Positions 1-13,500 of a stretch of DNA of 64,000 bases are shown piece after piece. The notes beneath the pieces were generated by a model. The model was given only the letters and a program-made list of their open reading frames with translations. It searched no databases and had not been told where the DNA came from. Position numbers and translations under genes: made by a program. Positions within the stretch are counted from its first letter, which is position 1; each line of letters opens with the position of its first letter. Origin of the DNA: Lama glama (lineage: Eukaryota); NCBI GenBank assembly GCA_028534125.1, contig CM052818.1, positions 9,550,001-9,614,000 on the forward strand, in the 5' to 3' direction.

Positions 1-639
1 TATCTGAAAAGTAACTTGAGAAGGCTAAGAATAAAGTAGCAATGAAGACACAAAGCATGCTGAGAGAAAACAATTCTCTGAAATTACGAGAGTCAAGTGA
101 TAAAAATCTTTATTGTACATAGGCCAGAAGGGAATAAACAAATTTCTTGGAAGATAGATGGACAAACACCAAAAACAGATACTTCGCAGAAAAGGAAATT
201 GCTCATAAGTAAACACAGAATATGCTTTCTTTTGATAGTATTAAAAGAAATAAAAAATCAAAATAGTTATTTTTCAGTCTTTAATCATGAAATTTAATCA
301 TTAAAATCATATTTCCTAGTTTTCTGCTGAGGAGGCACAGAATCAATGACACTCCAGTAGCAGCAAGCACCTCAAGTACCCAGATCCATGTTTCTAAACA
401 TCATTCTCCAATAAAACAAATCACAGCTCCTTGGAGAAATGGCTGATTGTAGGACTAGGGGTGGGAATATACAAGATGAGCCTGGAGCATCTTCTACAAC
501 CAGAAAGAAAAGGAGTGCTCCAAAAACATAATGATGGCAGTATATCAAAGGGACATGGAACCAGCCAGAAAGCTTCCAGTGCTTAAAGCTGAAACAATTT
601 GAGTGAAAAACAATAAACAGCAGCACTGAATTGTAATCC

Positions 640-1345
640 AAGTGTAAAATCCATGAGTCCTTTACTGATATAAATGAATGAAAGAATAAACAAATATGTG
701 AAAAACAAACAAATCTCCCATACAGCATTCTAAATAATTTATTTACGTCTTCCCCTCAAGAAGGTGGAGCTTACTTCCACACTCCTTGAGTGTGAGCTTA
801 GTGACTTGCTTTCTAAGAGTAGAGTATAGGAGTTGGAGAACTTGACAAACATTAACTCAGCTGGGTCATTAAGGATACAGTTGTCACCAATAAATCATGT
901 TGACAGTATGTGTCCTTGATACAGTATGATGCAAAGGATACCTCATCTGTGTGGTCTTCCTCCCAAAATTTCATAACCTGAGTTTTACATCAGACAAACT
1001 CATTTTGAGGGAAATTCTACAGAAATACCTGACACTACTCCTGAAAACTGTCAAGGTCATCAAAAGAAAGTCTGAGAAAGTGTCAAGTTCCACAGCCAAA
1101 GAGAGCTTTAGACATGACATCTAAATGTAATGAATTCAAAATGAGGTCCTAGAACCATATAAAGAACATGAGAGCAAAACTATTGAGATCTCAAGTGTGG
1201 AGTTTAGTTAATAGTAATCTGCCAGTGTTGGTTCCTTAGTCACAACAAATGTAACATAGTAGTAATGTTAACAATAAGGAATATAGGGAGAAGGGTCTGT
1301 GTGAACTGTCTGTTCTACTTCTTCTAAAACAAAAGGTTTATGTGA
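640..1345 (+). mobile_element. Old L1 3' region (L1MC/MD-like)
   Basis: Typical L1M 3' UTR motifs: tgacttgctttctaagagtagagta, catcagacaaactcattttgagggaaattctac, aaaactgtcaaggtcatcaaaa. Confidence 0.75.
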
Positions 1346-2807
1346 GAAAAACACCTTTTGGTGATGGGTACACATGGATTGGCAGTGGTACTCTGCTCAT
1401 AGGTTTTTTTCCCTGCCAGTATAGTTAACCCCACAGGAATAGGATATTTGTAAGAGCTGACACATATGCTGGTTGGTATTCATGTCCTGACTCCTGACCA
1501 CAAAACAAATTAAAAACCTATGCTGAACCAATAAACAAAAGCAAAAAACAAAGCTTTTTAGGTAGCTGATAACACCCAGTATTTGTGATAGTGCTGAAGA
1601 GATAGCATTTTCATACATTGCAGTGACATTGTAAGTTAATACTACCCTTACGAAAGGCAGTTTAGCAGTATGTACCAAGATCCTTAATTTTTTTCCCCTT
1701 TTTTAACTCATTAATACCATTTCAGGGTTTCCAGTATAAGTGAGTCATCCACCAATACTGGTGTCCAGCAGCATTATTTATAACTGTGAAAAAATTAAAA
1801 CGGGGTGTTCAGTTAGGAAATAAATTGTTACAATGCATTGTTTTAAAATTATAATAGTGAAGACTGTAGTAATATGAAAAAGTGCTTTTAAAATCATGTG
1901 ACTTGAATTAAGGACCCAAATACTTGAACAAAATCAGTGTAGCTTGGAGTAAGAATTAGGGGTAACATGTATAGAAGAAAAGGTACAGAGAAATACTTTT
2001 AAATCCTATGAATCATTGTAAGGAATGACTGAGAATGTTTGGAGAAAAGAAAAATGGTGACATCATAGGTGTCTTAAAATAGCTGAGTTGCAGTGTAGAA
2101 AGGGAAGTAGGTTTGTTCTACGTTCTCTAGACCCAGAGACTCTTCAGTTGTAGCAGGCAGTTTTAGCAAGGTGGTCTGTTCTTCCATGTTGACCTTCCTA
2201 GTTGTTCTCAGAGATGAACATAATTAAAAAGTTATTTTTCTCCCTAGCAGAGCTTACTTCTTATTTAAAGCAAATATTTTTTATAGAAATGAATAATGGT
2301 TAGGTATGTGATAAAGCAAAACAAAATGTTAATGGTAGAATTTATGTGATGGGTCCATGAGTCATTATTTAGTAGAGTATTTTCAATCTTCCATTGTGTT
2401 CAAATTTTTGCAAAATAAAATGTTGGGGTAAAGGTATATAACTTAAACTGAATAATTTTTTAATCAAATTATTTTCTCAATTGCAGTTTTTTACAAAATT
2501 GATCAAGATGACACCTGCATGCCAAGTTTTTATATTTGAAACACATACCAAATTGAGCCTAACTGAAAACAGACTAACCAGAGTGACATATAGGTGGTAA
2601 AATATGTAGAAATGAAGTATTATGCAAAAATAGAGTTTAATTTGAAACAAATCTGTAAACTAGATTATAATTAATTTTGGAAACCCTAATTTTATTTGCT
2701 TTGGCAGTACAATGGAAATTATCAAATATAGGTCGAATAGTGGGAGACAAAATTAGTAAGTGTATTGCAGAGTTAGACTAAGGTTAATAGTCTCGAGGAG
2801 ACTCTGT

Positions 2808-3245
2808 AGTGAATGTTGTTAGGAGCATTAACTCATGAGTCTGACAATCTAGGTTTGAATTCCAGCTCTGCCAATAGCTGTGTAAAATGAGGTAGTTTTA
2901 CTATTTTAAGTCTGAGTAGAAGTGGAGATGATAAAAGTAGTGTCTACTACATTAAGTTATGATGTTAAATAATAAGCATTTGATAAATGTTAGCAGTTCT
3001 TGTTGTTATTGTTGTGGTTGTTTTACCATTATCATTATTGTCATCGTTGTCATCATCATTATCATCATCGTTTCTCAAGGCCAAATCTGGTCTCCCCCGT
3101 TTTATCTGTGTGACCTTGGTCTTTGCTTCTCCAAGATTCAGATTTTCCAGTGTTAACACCATCTACCTCCAGGATGATTGTGAGGATTAAATGAGATATT
3201 TATAAAGTACCTAGATCAATACGTTGCTTGTAGTAACTGCTTTTA
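2808..3245 (+). mobile_element. Two MIR SINE fragments separated by a (GTT/ATC)n low-complexity tract (~3000-3070)
   Basis: ggtttgaattccagctctgcca, tgtgtgaccttgg, tgtgaggattaaatgagata core motifs. Confidence 0.65.
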
Positions 3246-3935
3246 CAGATGGGCTCAACTAATGAGTCACTACTCTCTCAGAATTATGCCATAGGCTTAA
3301 TAACATTTTTCAGGTATGTTAAAGAAGGGATTCTTTATTTGCATGCAAGCTTGGCCTAGAAGATTTTAAAAAGATTTTCCAAAGTTAATGTTCCATAATT
3401 GACATATTTATTATAATCTGTACTACAAAAGACTTTTAGATAGAAGATCTCATTCTATCTTTATAACTTAAGTAATTTTACCATTATCTTATTTTATAAA
3501 GAAAAAGAAAACTAAGATCCTAAATTAATGATGGGACCATGTCAGACAGCCTTAAGTAGGTCTTCTGGCTCCAAATGATGTGTTCTTTCTGTTAAACCAT
3601 ATTATTTCCTGAGAAGAAATGAAATGATAAAACAAGTGGGAAAATTCTACATCTTGGGAAAGCTAAACAAAATAGGTTTAAAACTGTTTCTACTAATGCA
3701 ATTGTATTGCCACTTAAAAAATAACAATGACAGAATGGAAGGCGTCTGTTTTTGTCATTCCTTGGGATCTTTCTCTGGTACCAGTGGTAGAGCAGAAAGA
3801 TATTAAAAGAGATGTTCATGTCCCTTAATTTTTATTTTAATTTTTAAAGGGAAGAGTGGCTTTGTGTTTAATGACTGCTCTTCAGTCTATTTTATATCTT
3901 GTAAACATCTGACAGTTTTGTTTTACATTTTATAG

Positions 3936-4570
3936 CTGCAGCTTATCTTCTGGTGTCCCTTATACCAAGCAATTCATTCCGCCAGATGTTCCGGTCAACA
4001 AGGTCTTTGCACATCCCAACCCGTGACCTTCCACTCAGTCCAGACACAACAGTAGTCCTACATCAGGTCTACAACGTGCTCCTTGGTTTGCTCTCAAGAG
4101 CCAAACTTTATGTTGATGCTGCTGTTCATGGCACTACAAAGCTAGTGCCCTATTTTAGCTTTATGACTTACTGTTTAATTTCCAAAACTGAGAAGCTGAT
4201 GTTTTCCACATATTTCATGGATTTGTGGAACCTTTTCCAGCCTAAACTTTCTGAGCCAGCAATAGCTACAAATCACAATAAACAGGCTTTGCTTTCATTT
4301 TGGTACAATGTGTGTGCTGACTGTCCAGAGAATATCCGCCTTATTGTTCAGAACCCAGTGGTAACCAAGAACATTGCCTTCAATTACATCCTTGCTGACC
4401 ATGATGATCAGGATGTGGTGCTTTTTAACCGTGGGATGCTGCCTGCCTACTACGGCATTCTGAGGCTCTGCTGTGAACAGTCTCCTGCATTCACACGACA
4501 ACTGGCTTCTCACCAGAACATCCAGTGGGCCTTTAAGAATCTTACACCACATGCCAGCCAGTACCCTGGA
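3936..4570 (+). CDS. USP34: USP34 coding exon (635 nt)
   Basis: tttatag|CTGCAG ... CCTGGA|gtgagt; [10 protein letters not shown]...HASQYPG. Confidence 0.95.
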
Positions 4571-7500
4571 GTGAGTAAAATTGATAACTCTTGTATGTGT
4601 ATCCTCAAATTGATTGGAAATACCTGTTCTTTTTCCCTTGTGGGAAATAGTGACAAAATATGGGAATATGATCTAACTTTAACCATTCTTTCTTAAAGAC
4701 TTAGTAACATGTATTTGTTTTCTTGGATACATGTATAAAATGCTGTATTATAAAATTGATAAGTATGTGGATAATTTTTCTTAGGTTGATGTTGAAATTT
4801 TTTGTCTAATGGAATTTACCTGCTTTGCTTTATGGTTTTGTTAATGAGTCTTTCATATGTATCTAATGAAAAAGTTCAGCTTTGTGGTACATTTTTAAGG
4901 AAGTATTTACTATTTAGATATTTATTATCAAGATCTACATGCTATGCGAAGCTGTGAGCTAGACAGTATTTTATCGTATGTGTAGTATTCCCTAGGATTT
5001 TTGGGGGGGGTTTGTGAGTTTTTTTTTGCTCACACTGTGTTCAAGTGAATAAAATGTTCAAGTGGTGGCCTATCAGAATACAAACATATGCTATCTAAAT
5101 CTGATCCCTTTTTCTCTGCAGACTGTGGCTTTTATATTAACTCCTACTCTCCCTACATTAGGCTGTCATTCCTGGATATTTCTTTTCATTGTTACCTCTT
5201 ACTCGTTGTTGTAAACTCAAGGTTAAACCAAGAGGGTGTAAGTCTGAAGCAGGTTGGAGGGAGTGCAGAACGTTTTTTCAAGCTCTTGTCAACTCAGAGG
5301 CCATAAACTGCTAATATGAGAAGTTGTTAAATGGGAGATGGTGGGAATGTACGAGTAGGAGCTTTTTCAAGACATTCAACATTTACTTAAGAGTTCAATC
5401 AGATGACTACTGTTTTAAGTATTGGTATCCTTGAATTATGTGCTACACTTCTTTGTCCTGTTGAAGAAAGGACCTTAACTGTCCTTTAGACATAATGTAG
5501 TGAATTGTTCAGAATTTCTCATCCAGAAAGAATAACCTAATTTCCTGTCAAGATTAGAATGTCTGTAATAAAGGAAAGAAAGTTAGTATATTAAGTACCA
5601 GAAAAGGTTCAAAGCTAAGGTGATAAGAATACAGTAGGAAAAGAATGAAAGAGTCTGTCTAACATAGAAAGAGTCAGGACAGGATTTATTAAGATTGAGC
5701 AGATTTGTCTCCATCACATTCACATCATAAATCTTTGGTTTAGTTACTGAACATGATATCCATAGTTAAATACACCTTCGATGAGTTCTGGGTATGTTAG
5801 AATATCCCCAAATGTTGTTTCTTGACATCAATGAAATGTTCCAACATCTTTATTTTAGAGCTTACCTATTAGAGATTTTCATGAAAATGGTGTTTAGATT
5901 AATTTTTGCCATGATAATGATAAAACTGGGAGTTTCTATTCATGGATAAGTATTAGGACAACCCTTTCCTAACATGTCCATGAGTAAATGAGTTTATAAA
6001 ACCACATTCCGTTTCCGCATTTCATCCATCAGGTAACTTGACCTGGACCATCCATCAGTCTAGAAAGATCATTCCAAATGTTGGCACAAAGGATTTTCTC
6101 AGAAACAGTATTAATGCAAGTATAATTGAGGGGTGTAAAATCTTTGTGACAAAATAGTAATTACTCATTTGTTATAGAAAAGAGAACAAAGGACTGACAC
6201 AGTATCTCAGGACATATTTGAAGTTACAAAACCAGTACTTTAAACAGTTTTAAGACTAAAAATGAACTGTATTGTAGTTTTTATTCTTCCCTGAAGTTCT
6301 ATTTTAAAATTACTTTCTTGTAGTGAGTAATTTATTAAAATTTTTTAACAGAATCCATTGGTAATTTTATAACTATTCTTGGATGGTACTGCAGTAACTA
6401 TTTTTGGATAGTAGTGCAATCTATCTTATTTGTGTAATTTGTAGAGCTGGCTAATGAGCATAACATTCAGATATGAGCAGATGACATTGTAAGATGTTGT
6501 AGGATTAAAAGGTCATCATAATGCTTATTTGCCCTTTTAGGCAGTGGAAGAACTGTTTAACCTGATGCAGCTGTTCATAGCTCAGAGGCCAGACATGCGA
6601 GAAGAAGAATTAGAAGATATTAAACAGTTTAAGAAGACAACCATAAGTTGTTACTTACGTTGCTTAGATGGCCGCTCCTGCTGGACGACTTTAATAAGGT
6701 AAAAGGATACTTTCTGAAGTTTTTGTGTTTTGTGTTTCCTTATGAGGGGATGGGGACCATCATTTTGACACTTAAAAGGGAATAATTTAAGTTGTTTGTA
6801 ACTGAAAGTTTACCAGTTCTTTAAGGTTATTGGGGAAGCATTTAAACCATTAGTCACCTTGGATAAATGTGTATTTTGAGAGTTAATTAGCTACTTTTTA
6901 AAGAATTATAGTTGATTTATAATGTATCAGTTTCTGGTATATAGCATAGTGATTCAGTTATACATACATGTATTCTTCATACTCTTTTTCATTATAGATT
7001 ATTACAAGATACTGAAGATACTTTCCTATGCTAACAGTAGGACCTTGTTTATCTATTTTATATGTAATAGTATCTGCAAATCCCAAACTCCCAATTTATC
7101 CCTTTCCCCTTTGGTAACCATAAGTTTATTTTCTGTGTCTGTGAGTCTGTTTCTGTTTTGTAAGTAAGTTCATTTGTCTCATCTTTTAAGACTCCACATG
7201 TAAGTGGTATCATAGAATGTTTGTCTTTGTCTGATTTACTTCACTTAGTATAATAATCTCTAGGTCCATCCATGTTGCTGCAGATGGCATTATTTTATTC
7301 TCTTTTATGGCTGAGTAGTAGTCTTGTGTGTGTGTGTGTGTGTGTGTACACACCACACTTTCTTTATCCAGTCATTTGGACATTTAGGTTATTTCCTCTT
7401 CTTGGCTATTGTAAATAGTACTGCTATGAACATTGGGGTGCATGTGTCTTTTTGAATTAGAGTTCTCTCTGGATATATGTCCAGAGGTGAGATTGCTGTA

Positions 7501-10500
7501 TCATACAGGAACTCTGATTTTAGTTCTTTAAGGAATCTCCATACTGTTTTCCACAGTGGCTGCACCAAATTACATTCCCACCAACAGTGTAGGAGGGTTC
7601 CCTTTTCTCCACACCCTTTCCAGCATTTATCGTTTGTGGACTTTTTGATGATGGCCATTATGACCAGTATGAGGTAACACCTCATTGTAGTTTTGATTTG
7701 CATTTCTCTGATAATTAGCACTATTGAGCGTCTTTTCATATGCCTGTTGGCCACCTGTACGTCGTCTTTGGAGAAATGTCAGTCAGTTTAGATCTTCTGC
7801 CCATTTTTTGATTGGGTTGTTTGTTTTTTGTTGTTGTTGTTGTTATTGAGTTGTGTGAGCTGCTTGTATATTCTGGAAATTAACCCTTGTTAGTTGCATC
7901 GTTTGCAGATATTTTCTCCCAGTCCATGGGTTGTCTTTTTGTTTGTGGTTTCCTTTGCTGTGCAAAAGCTTATAAGTTTAATTAGGTCCCGTTTGTTTAT
8001 TTTTGCTTTTATTTCTATTTCCTTGTGAGACAGACCTAAGAAAACATTGCTACAATGTATGTCAGAATATTTTGCTTTTGTTCTCTTCTAGGAGATTTAT
8101 GATGTCTTGACTTATGTTTAAGTCTTTAAGGCATTTTGAGTTTATTTTTGTGGACGGTGTCAGGAAGAGTTCTAACTTCATTGATTCACATGCGACTGTC
8201 TCACTTTTTCCCAGCACCACTTGAAGAGACTATCTTTTCTCCATTGTATATTCTTGCCTCTTTTGTTGAAGATTAATTGACCATAGGTGTATAGGTTTAT
8301 TTCTGGGCTCTGTATTCTGTTTTTGTGCCAGTATCGTGCTGTTTTGATTACTGTAGCTTTGTAGTGTTGTCTGAAGTCTGGGAGGGTTATGCCTCCAGCT
8401 TTGTTCTTTTTCTTCAGTATTGCTTTGGCAATTTGGGATCTTTTGTGATTCCATTTAAATTTTAAAATTATTAGTTCTAATCTGTGAAAAATGTCCTGGG
8501 TAATTTGATAGGGATCACATTAAATCTGTTGACTGCTTTGGATAGTATGGCCATTTTAACAGTATTAGCCACTTTTGAATAGCTTTTTTTGGGGTTTGGT
8601 TTTGGATTATTTGGGTTATGTTTTAACAGAATCATGGAATTTTTAGTGTTGGAAGGAACCTTAATGTAGAGTCTTCCACTATATCTTGAATCCTCCTCTC
8701 TGTGGCAATTCATCCTATCTTAAGCTTAGACAGTCCAGTTCTAGAGGCCTCCAGAAACAGCTTCCTCCATCTTTGGATGAGTTTCACTGTTAATAGTTTT
8801 TTCATTTTACTTAGGCCAGATCTACTTATCTTTTTTAACTGGAGGAATTGGCCGTAATAACAAAACATGATCTTTATAATTAATTGCTCAGAGCTACGAA
8901 AGTTATTGAATGGCTATAAAGGAACTGCTATAAGTTACACTTTATTCCCTTTAACTATAGAAATAAAGTCCAGGTTAATTTCTTTTCTGTATATTATATC
9001 TAAGACTTGGGACTGATATCCTTTGTTAGGCACACATTTTTTGGCAATACTTTTTGAACACTGTAGTTAGTTTCTTAAGCTAATCAGTCTAAAATAAGGT
9101 TATTTCAGATAATCTTCTTCAGAAAAGTTTTAAATTTGAATCTTTATTAGTACACAGAATGAAATTAACTGTGCTTTAGCCAGGCCTCTTTAAAGGAACT
9201 CTTTTAAGTTTTGGCATTAATTTTGAATACATTGTTTTCCCAACATGTACTACTTAAGGCTTATCTTCAAAAGAAGATTTAGAACTTTCCTAGTTACTTT
9301 TTTTTTTAAAAAAGAAAACATCTCATTAAAGTAGAAGGACTTCCAGTTGTACTATGTAACAGCACCATATAATGTATTTTTCCAGTACCAATAATGAAAT
9401 AAAGTCTCTTAGGAAGAGTAATACAACTACTTTTGGGTGACTATGTAAATTATTTTTAAGGCCAACATATGCCCCCCCCCCATGTTGCTCTTCCCAATAA
9501 CCAGCTGATGAGTGCTTTGGTAATACCAAGTGTATTTTATTATTATCTGGAACATAGCATAATGTAGGCAGTAAACCCCTTATAAAAAGAAACATTGTTT
9601 CTACTAAAACTTTAAGGATATTCTCATGACACCTCTCCTTCACCATTGTGAATAATTAAGAGTTGACTAGTATGATACCAGTAGATGTAACTTTTCTCTA
9701 CATTGCATTGAGGGTTTCTTATTTAATATAGTCTTCTATTATCTTACCAAGAAATAGATGTAGCTGTCTCTTTTCTGTAGGTAGGAAAGTAGAGAGCCTA
9801 AATAACAATTTACTTTTTTTTTTTAACCATCTATGTGTTGTATTCTGATTCAGAGTTCTCAAACTGAATTCTGTGTATTTTTCTAGTGCCTTCAGAATAC
9901 TATTAGAATCTGATGAAGACAGACTTCTTGTTGTATTTAATCGAGGGTTGATCCTGATGACTGAGGTAAATATTTTATTGCATTTAACTATAGATTTATT
10001 TCAATTCAGTGTTCTCAGCAAAACTTCTTGTATTGTGAATATTTAGAGTTTATGGTAGACTGTTTTACAGGTATCTGGATTTTAAATATGCAGATTAGTA
10101 AATGCTAATTTATATTGCAAGAATAATTAGGTCAGTTTTTAGAGTGCTGTTTTCTTTTTCCATAGTAATACATACTTTCCCCCTTATTTTGTATTTAGAA
10201 CAACCACTTGAAATAGACTAGCTTTATTCATTTTATTTGTAAGAATAGAAACAGACAAAATACGTATGATTTAACTGCGGACATACATAATTTCTCAAGA
10301 GCTGGCTTATTTGACGGAGTTCCATCATCAGAGGAAGCAAGTTGAGACTGGGGTGGTTAAAATCAGCTGTTCATTCTTCCTGTAATTATCTATGAGATGA
10401 TTTTAAGTCCACAGAGGTGCAACATAACCTTTAGTTTAAATAGGATGAAACAAGATGAAAGAATACATGTCAAGGGCACGATGAGAATTAAGAGGTAGGG

Positions 10501-13500
10501 TAGTTTTTTTCAGTTAATGGTATTAATAGAATAGGAGTACAACATGTATAAAACTGTACTTTGAAGAATTTGGACTTGCAAAGATTAAGTGGGAAAGCAT
10601 TTAGATAAATGACTTAATCAGCACAAAGGCGAGAAAGTGCTAGTTGTATTCAACAAATGCCAAGTATTTCTGTTTGGCTAAAACATAGATATGTGAAGAG
10701 GAGTAGTGAGAATTTCACTTCTTCATTCAACAAATGTTTGAATGTCTACTGTGTACTACTAGGCGTTTTGCTAGGCACTGAGGATACAGCAGTGGGCAAA
10801 ACAGACATGGTTCCTGTCCTCACAGCTTACAAGTTAAATGCCACACAAGTACATTGTTTAGATTATGTGCTGCCACAGATTGTAGGCTACAGATTTTGAG
10901 CTGTGAACTGTGACTAGTATATAGGCTATGGGGAACTGATTTGAAGGATTAGAAAGAAGATGCAGTGGTGTAAAATAAAATAGGAAAAAAGCTAAGGGGT
11001 TTGTTAAGCTAATACAATTAAAGGAATCAAAAGATTGAACAAGCCAGTATGGTTAAAGGAATTCCTACCTTTAGGAGCTCTTTTACCTCTTCCAGACCTA
11101 CTGTCTTGAGCGTGGCTGACAGCTGTTTCCCCACTGACTTTCTTCAGAAGCCCTGAAAAATTAGTTAAAGCAGTCACCTATTCTGTCCAGTCTTTCTGTT
11201 GTTGCTTGCTGCTTTGTAACCTCTAAGGCTTGCAATCTTAGAGCAGATAGTAACCAAAAAAAAAAAAAAAAAACCTGACTAAACAAATTATTCCTTCAAA
11301 CTAAAATGCATACACAAAATATCAGAGCTCTGAAAATGAGGACTTATATTTTAAAAGAGCTGAACAGGGGGATTTGACTTGTAGGTAGAAAGCAAATACA
11401 TTTGCTTTGTGCACATATGCACACATATAGTCTGAGTCTGAAAACATCTGTCAGAGGATGAGCAATACCACTGTGTGGCTCAAAGTAAAAGTGAAATGAA
11501 GTTTTCCATTTTTTTAAATCACCTGTAGTCTTTCAACACACTGCACATGATGTATCATGAAGCCACAGCTTGCCACGTGACTGGAGACTTAGTAGAACTT
11601 CTGTCAATATTCCTTTCAGTTTTGAAGTCTACACGCCCATATCTTCAGAGAAAAGGTTTGGTTAATCCTACTTCTTATTTTTGTTAGTTTAACAGTTAAA
11701 GAGTGAAATAAGGCTTTTAAGTCAAATACTTCAAAGAATTTGTTTTTTATAGTTTATGTACAGAAAATAGGGCTGATGTTAGCTAACCATCTGAAAAACG
11801 TTTATCATGACCTCCTGATATAAAGCTGGAATGTTCTTGTTTATTTTCTTTATGCCTGCCTGAAAAACAGGAACGCATGCTTTGAGTGTCAAGATTTAGG
11901 AGATTGAAAAATACTTCCAAGCATAGGGATAACATGAGTATTTGAGTATTTGTGAAGCTTTTCTGGCTGAAAACTTCATGGCTTAAATTAGATCATTTAC
12001 TTTTGAGAGAAATAACTATAAAACATAACTTTCTGTGTCCTGTAAGATAGTATGAACTCTGAAGTGCATATAAATTCCTAGAAAATGGAACATACTCATC
12101 TTTAAGAAATCTAGCAGATTTAACATCTGTAGTCATTTCATGAAAATAATCACTTAGCTTTTAGCAAAGTGTTTATGTAATTAATTTGATTTTCTTAGTG
12201 TTAGCATTCTGTAGCTTATAATAGAGGAAGTTTGACTTCAAGTGGCATGTTTATGTATGCTTTTGTATTTGCAGATGTGAAACAAGCGTTAATCCAGTGG
12301 CAGGAGCGAATTGAATTTGCCCATAAACTGTTAACTCTTCTTAATTCCTATAGCCCTCCAGAACTTAGAAATGCCTGTATAGGTAAGTTACTTGGAAAAT
12401 AAACCTGGGTAAAAACCTAGTGGAAGAACATTTTTGTGGGATTGTGTGTGTGTGAGATGTGATGTTAATTCTGTAGGGTTTGGAACACGTTTGTACTTTT
12501 TAATGTGTGACTCAAACACTGGCCAGCAGATCCTAAGAAAATCGAGTTCTGTTTCTTAACATACCAATAATTAACTATGTGATCATAGGCAGGTCACTTA
12601 TGTATTTGGGCTCGTTGACCTTAGGTTATCTCTTGATCTCTTGCACTTCTGATATCTTCTGATCCTATATAAATGAGGTAGCATCATGCAGATGTTTACG
12701 AAGTAGAATTGATACTATAAAAGGTTGGAGTGCTTATTTCACTGAGTTCTTTTGCTTAAAAATACTTCTTAGTAGCTATTCTTAGACTCCTGAGTATTTC
12801 ACCTTTATATTGATTGTATATATTTATAATAAAATGATAATTTATGTCTGTTAAAGGAACCCCTCATTTTAAATTCATATTGAATTTTTTACTCCCTTGG
12901 AATCCATTTAAATGATCACTAGAGACAATAACTATTTACAGTTTCTTAAAATGACATAACTGGCTGTCATGTATAAGCAGTCATTCTTGGCATATGTTGG
13001 TCTGATGTTCTGTGGAATTCCTAGTCTGTACTTCTCCATCAAAAAGTAAAGGGCATCAAGCAGTAACCTCTAATTGCCAGAAACTCTGCCAATATCCTGT
13101 CATCATGAGCTTTCCTCCTGTGTGGTGAGAGGATGAGAATCAGTCCAGCCAGCATTTGAAACATTGAAAGTAGATTAAGGATTCTCTCTCAGATCCAAAG
13201 AATTTTGAACCTTAAATTTCTAAGCTGCTTTGGTTGACTTTGTGAAGATATATAACAGTGTGCATTAAACACTTCCTTTAGTGCACTTCTCCATGATGCT
13301 TTCTCTTAATAAATAGTTTTAAACTTTGGTTTCTAAATGATGCCCTGTTGTCATTAGTAATTCTGCTGATCCAAATTTGGTTGTGTATCAGGCAGAGTTT
13401 CTCCCAGTGTTAAGACCTTACTAAAACAGTTTTATACTCTAAATAACTTTTTAGCTGCCACACTGCAGCCAGTCACCCGAACAGGATTTGTGAGTTTGTA

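Noticed and set aside
2959..3190. ORFs with poly-Ile, poly-Asp or poly-Ser
   Set aside because: Produced by a (GTT/ATC)n simple repeat between MIR fragments
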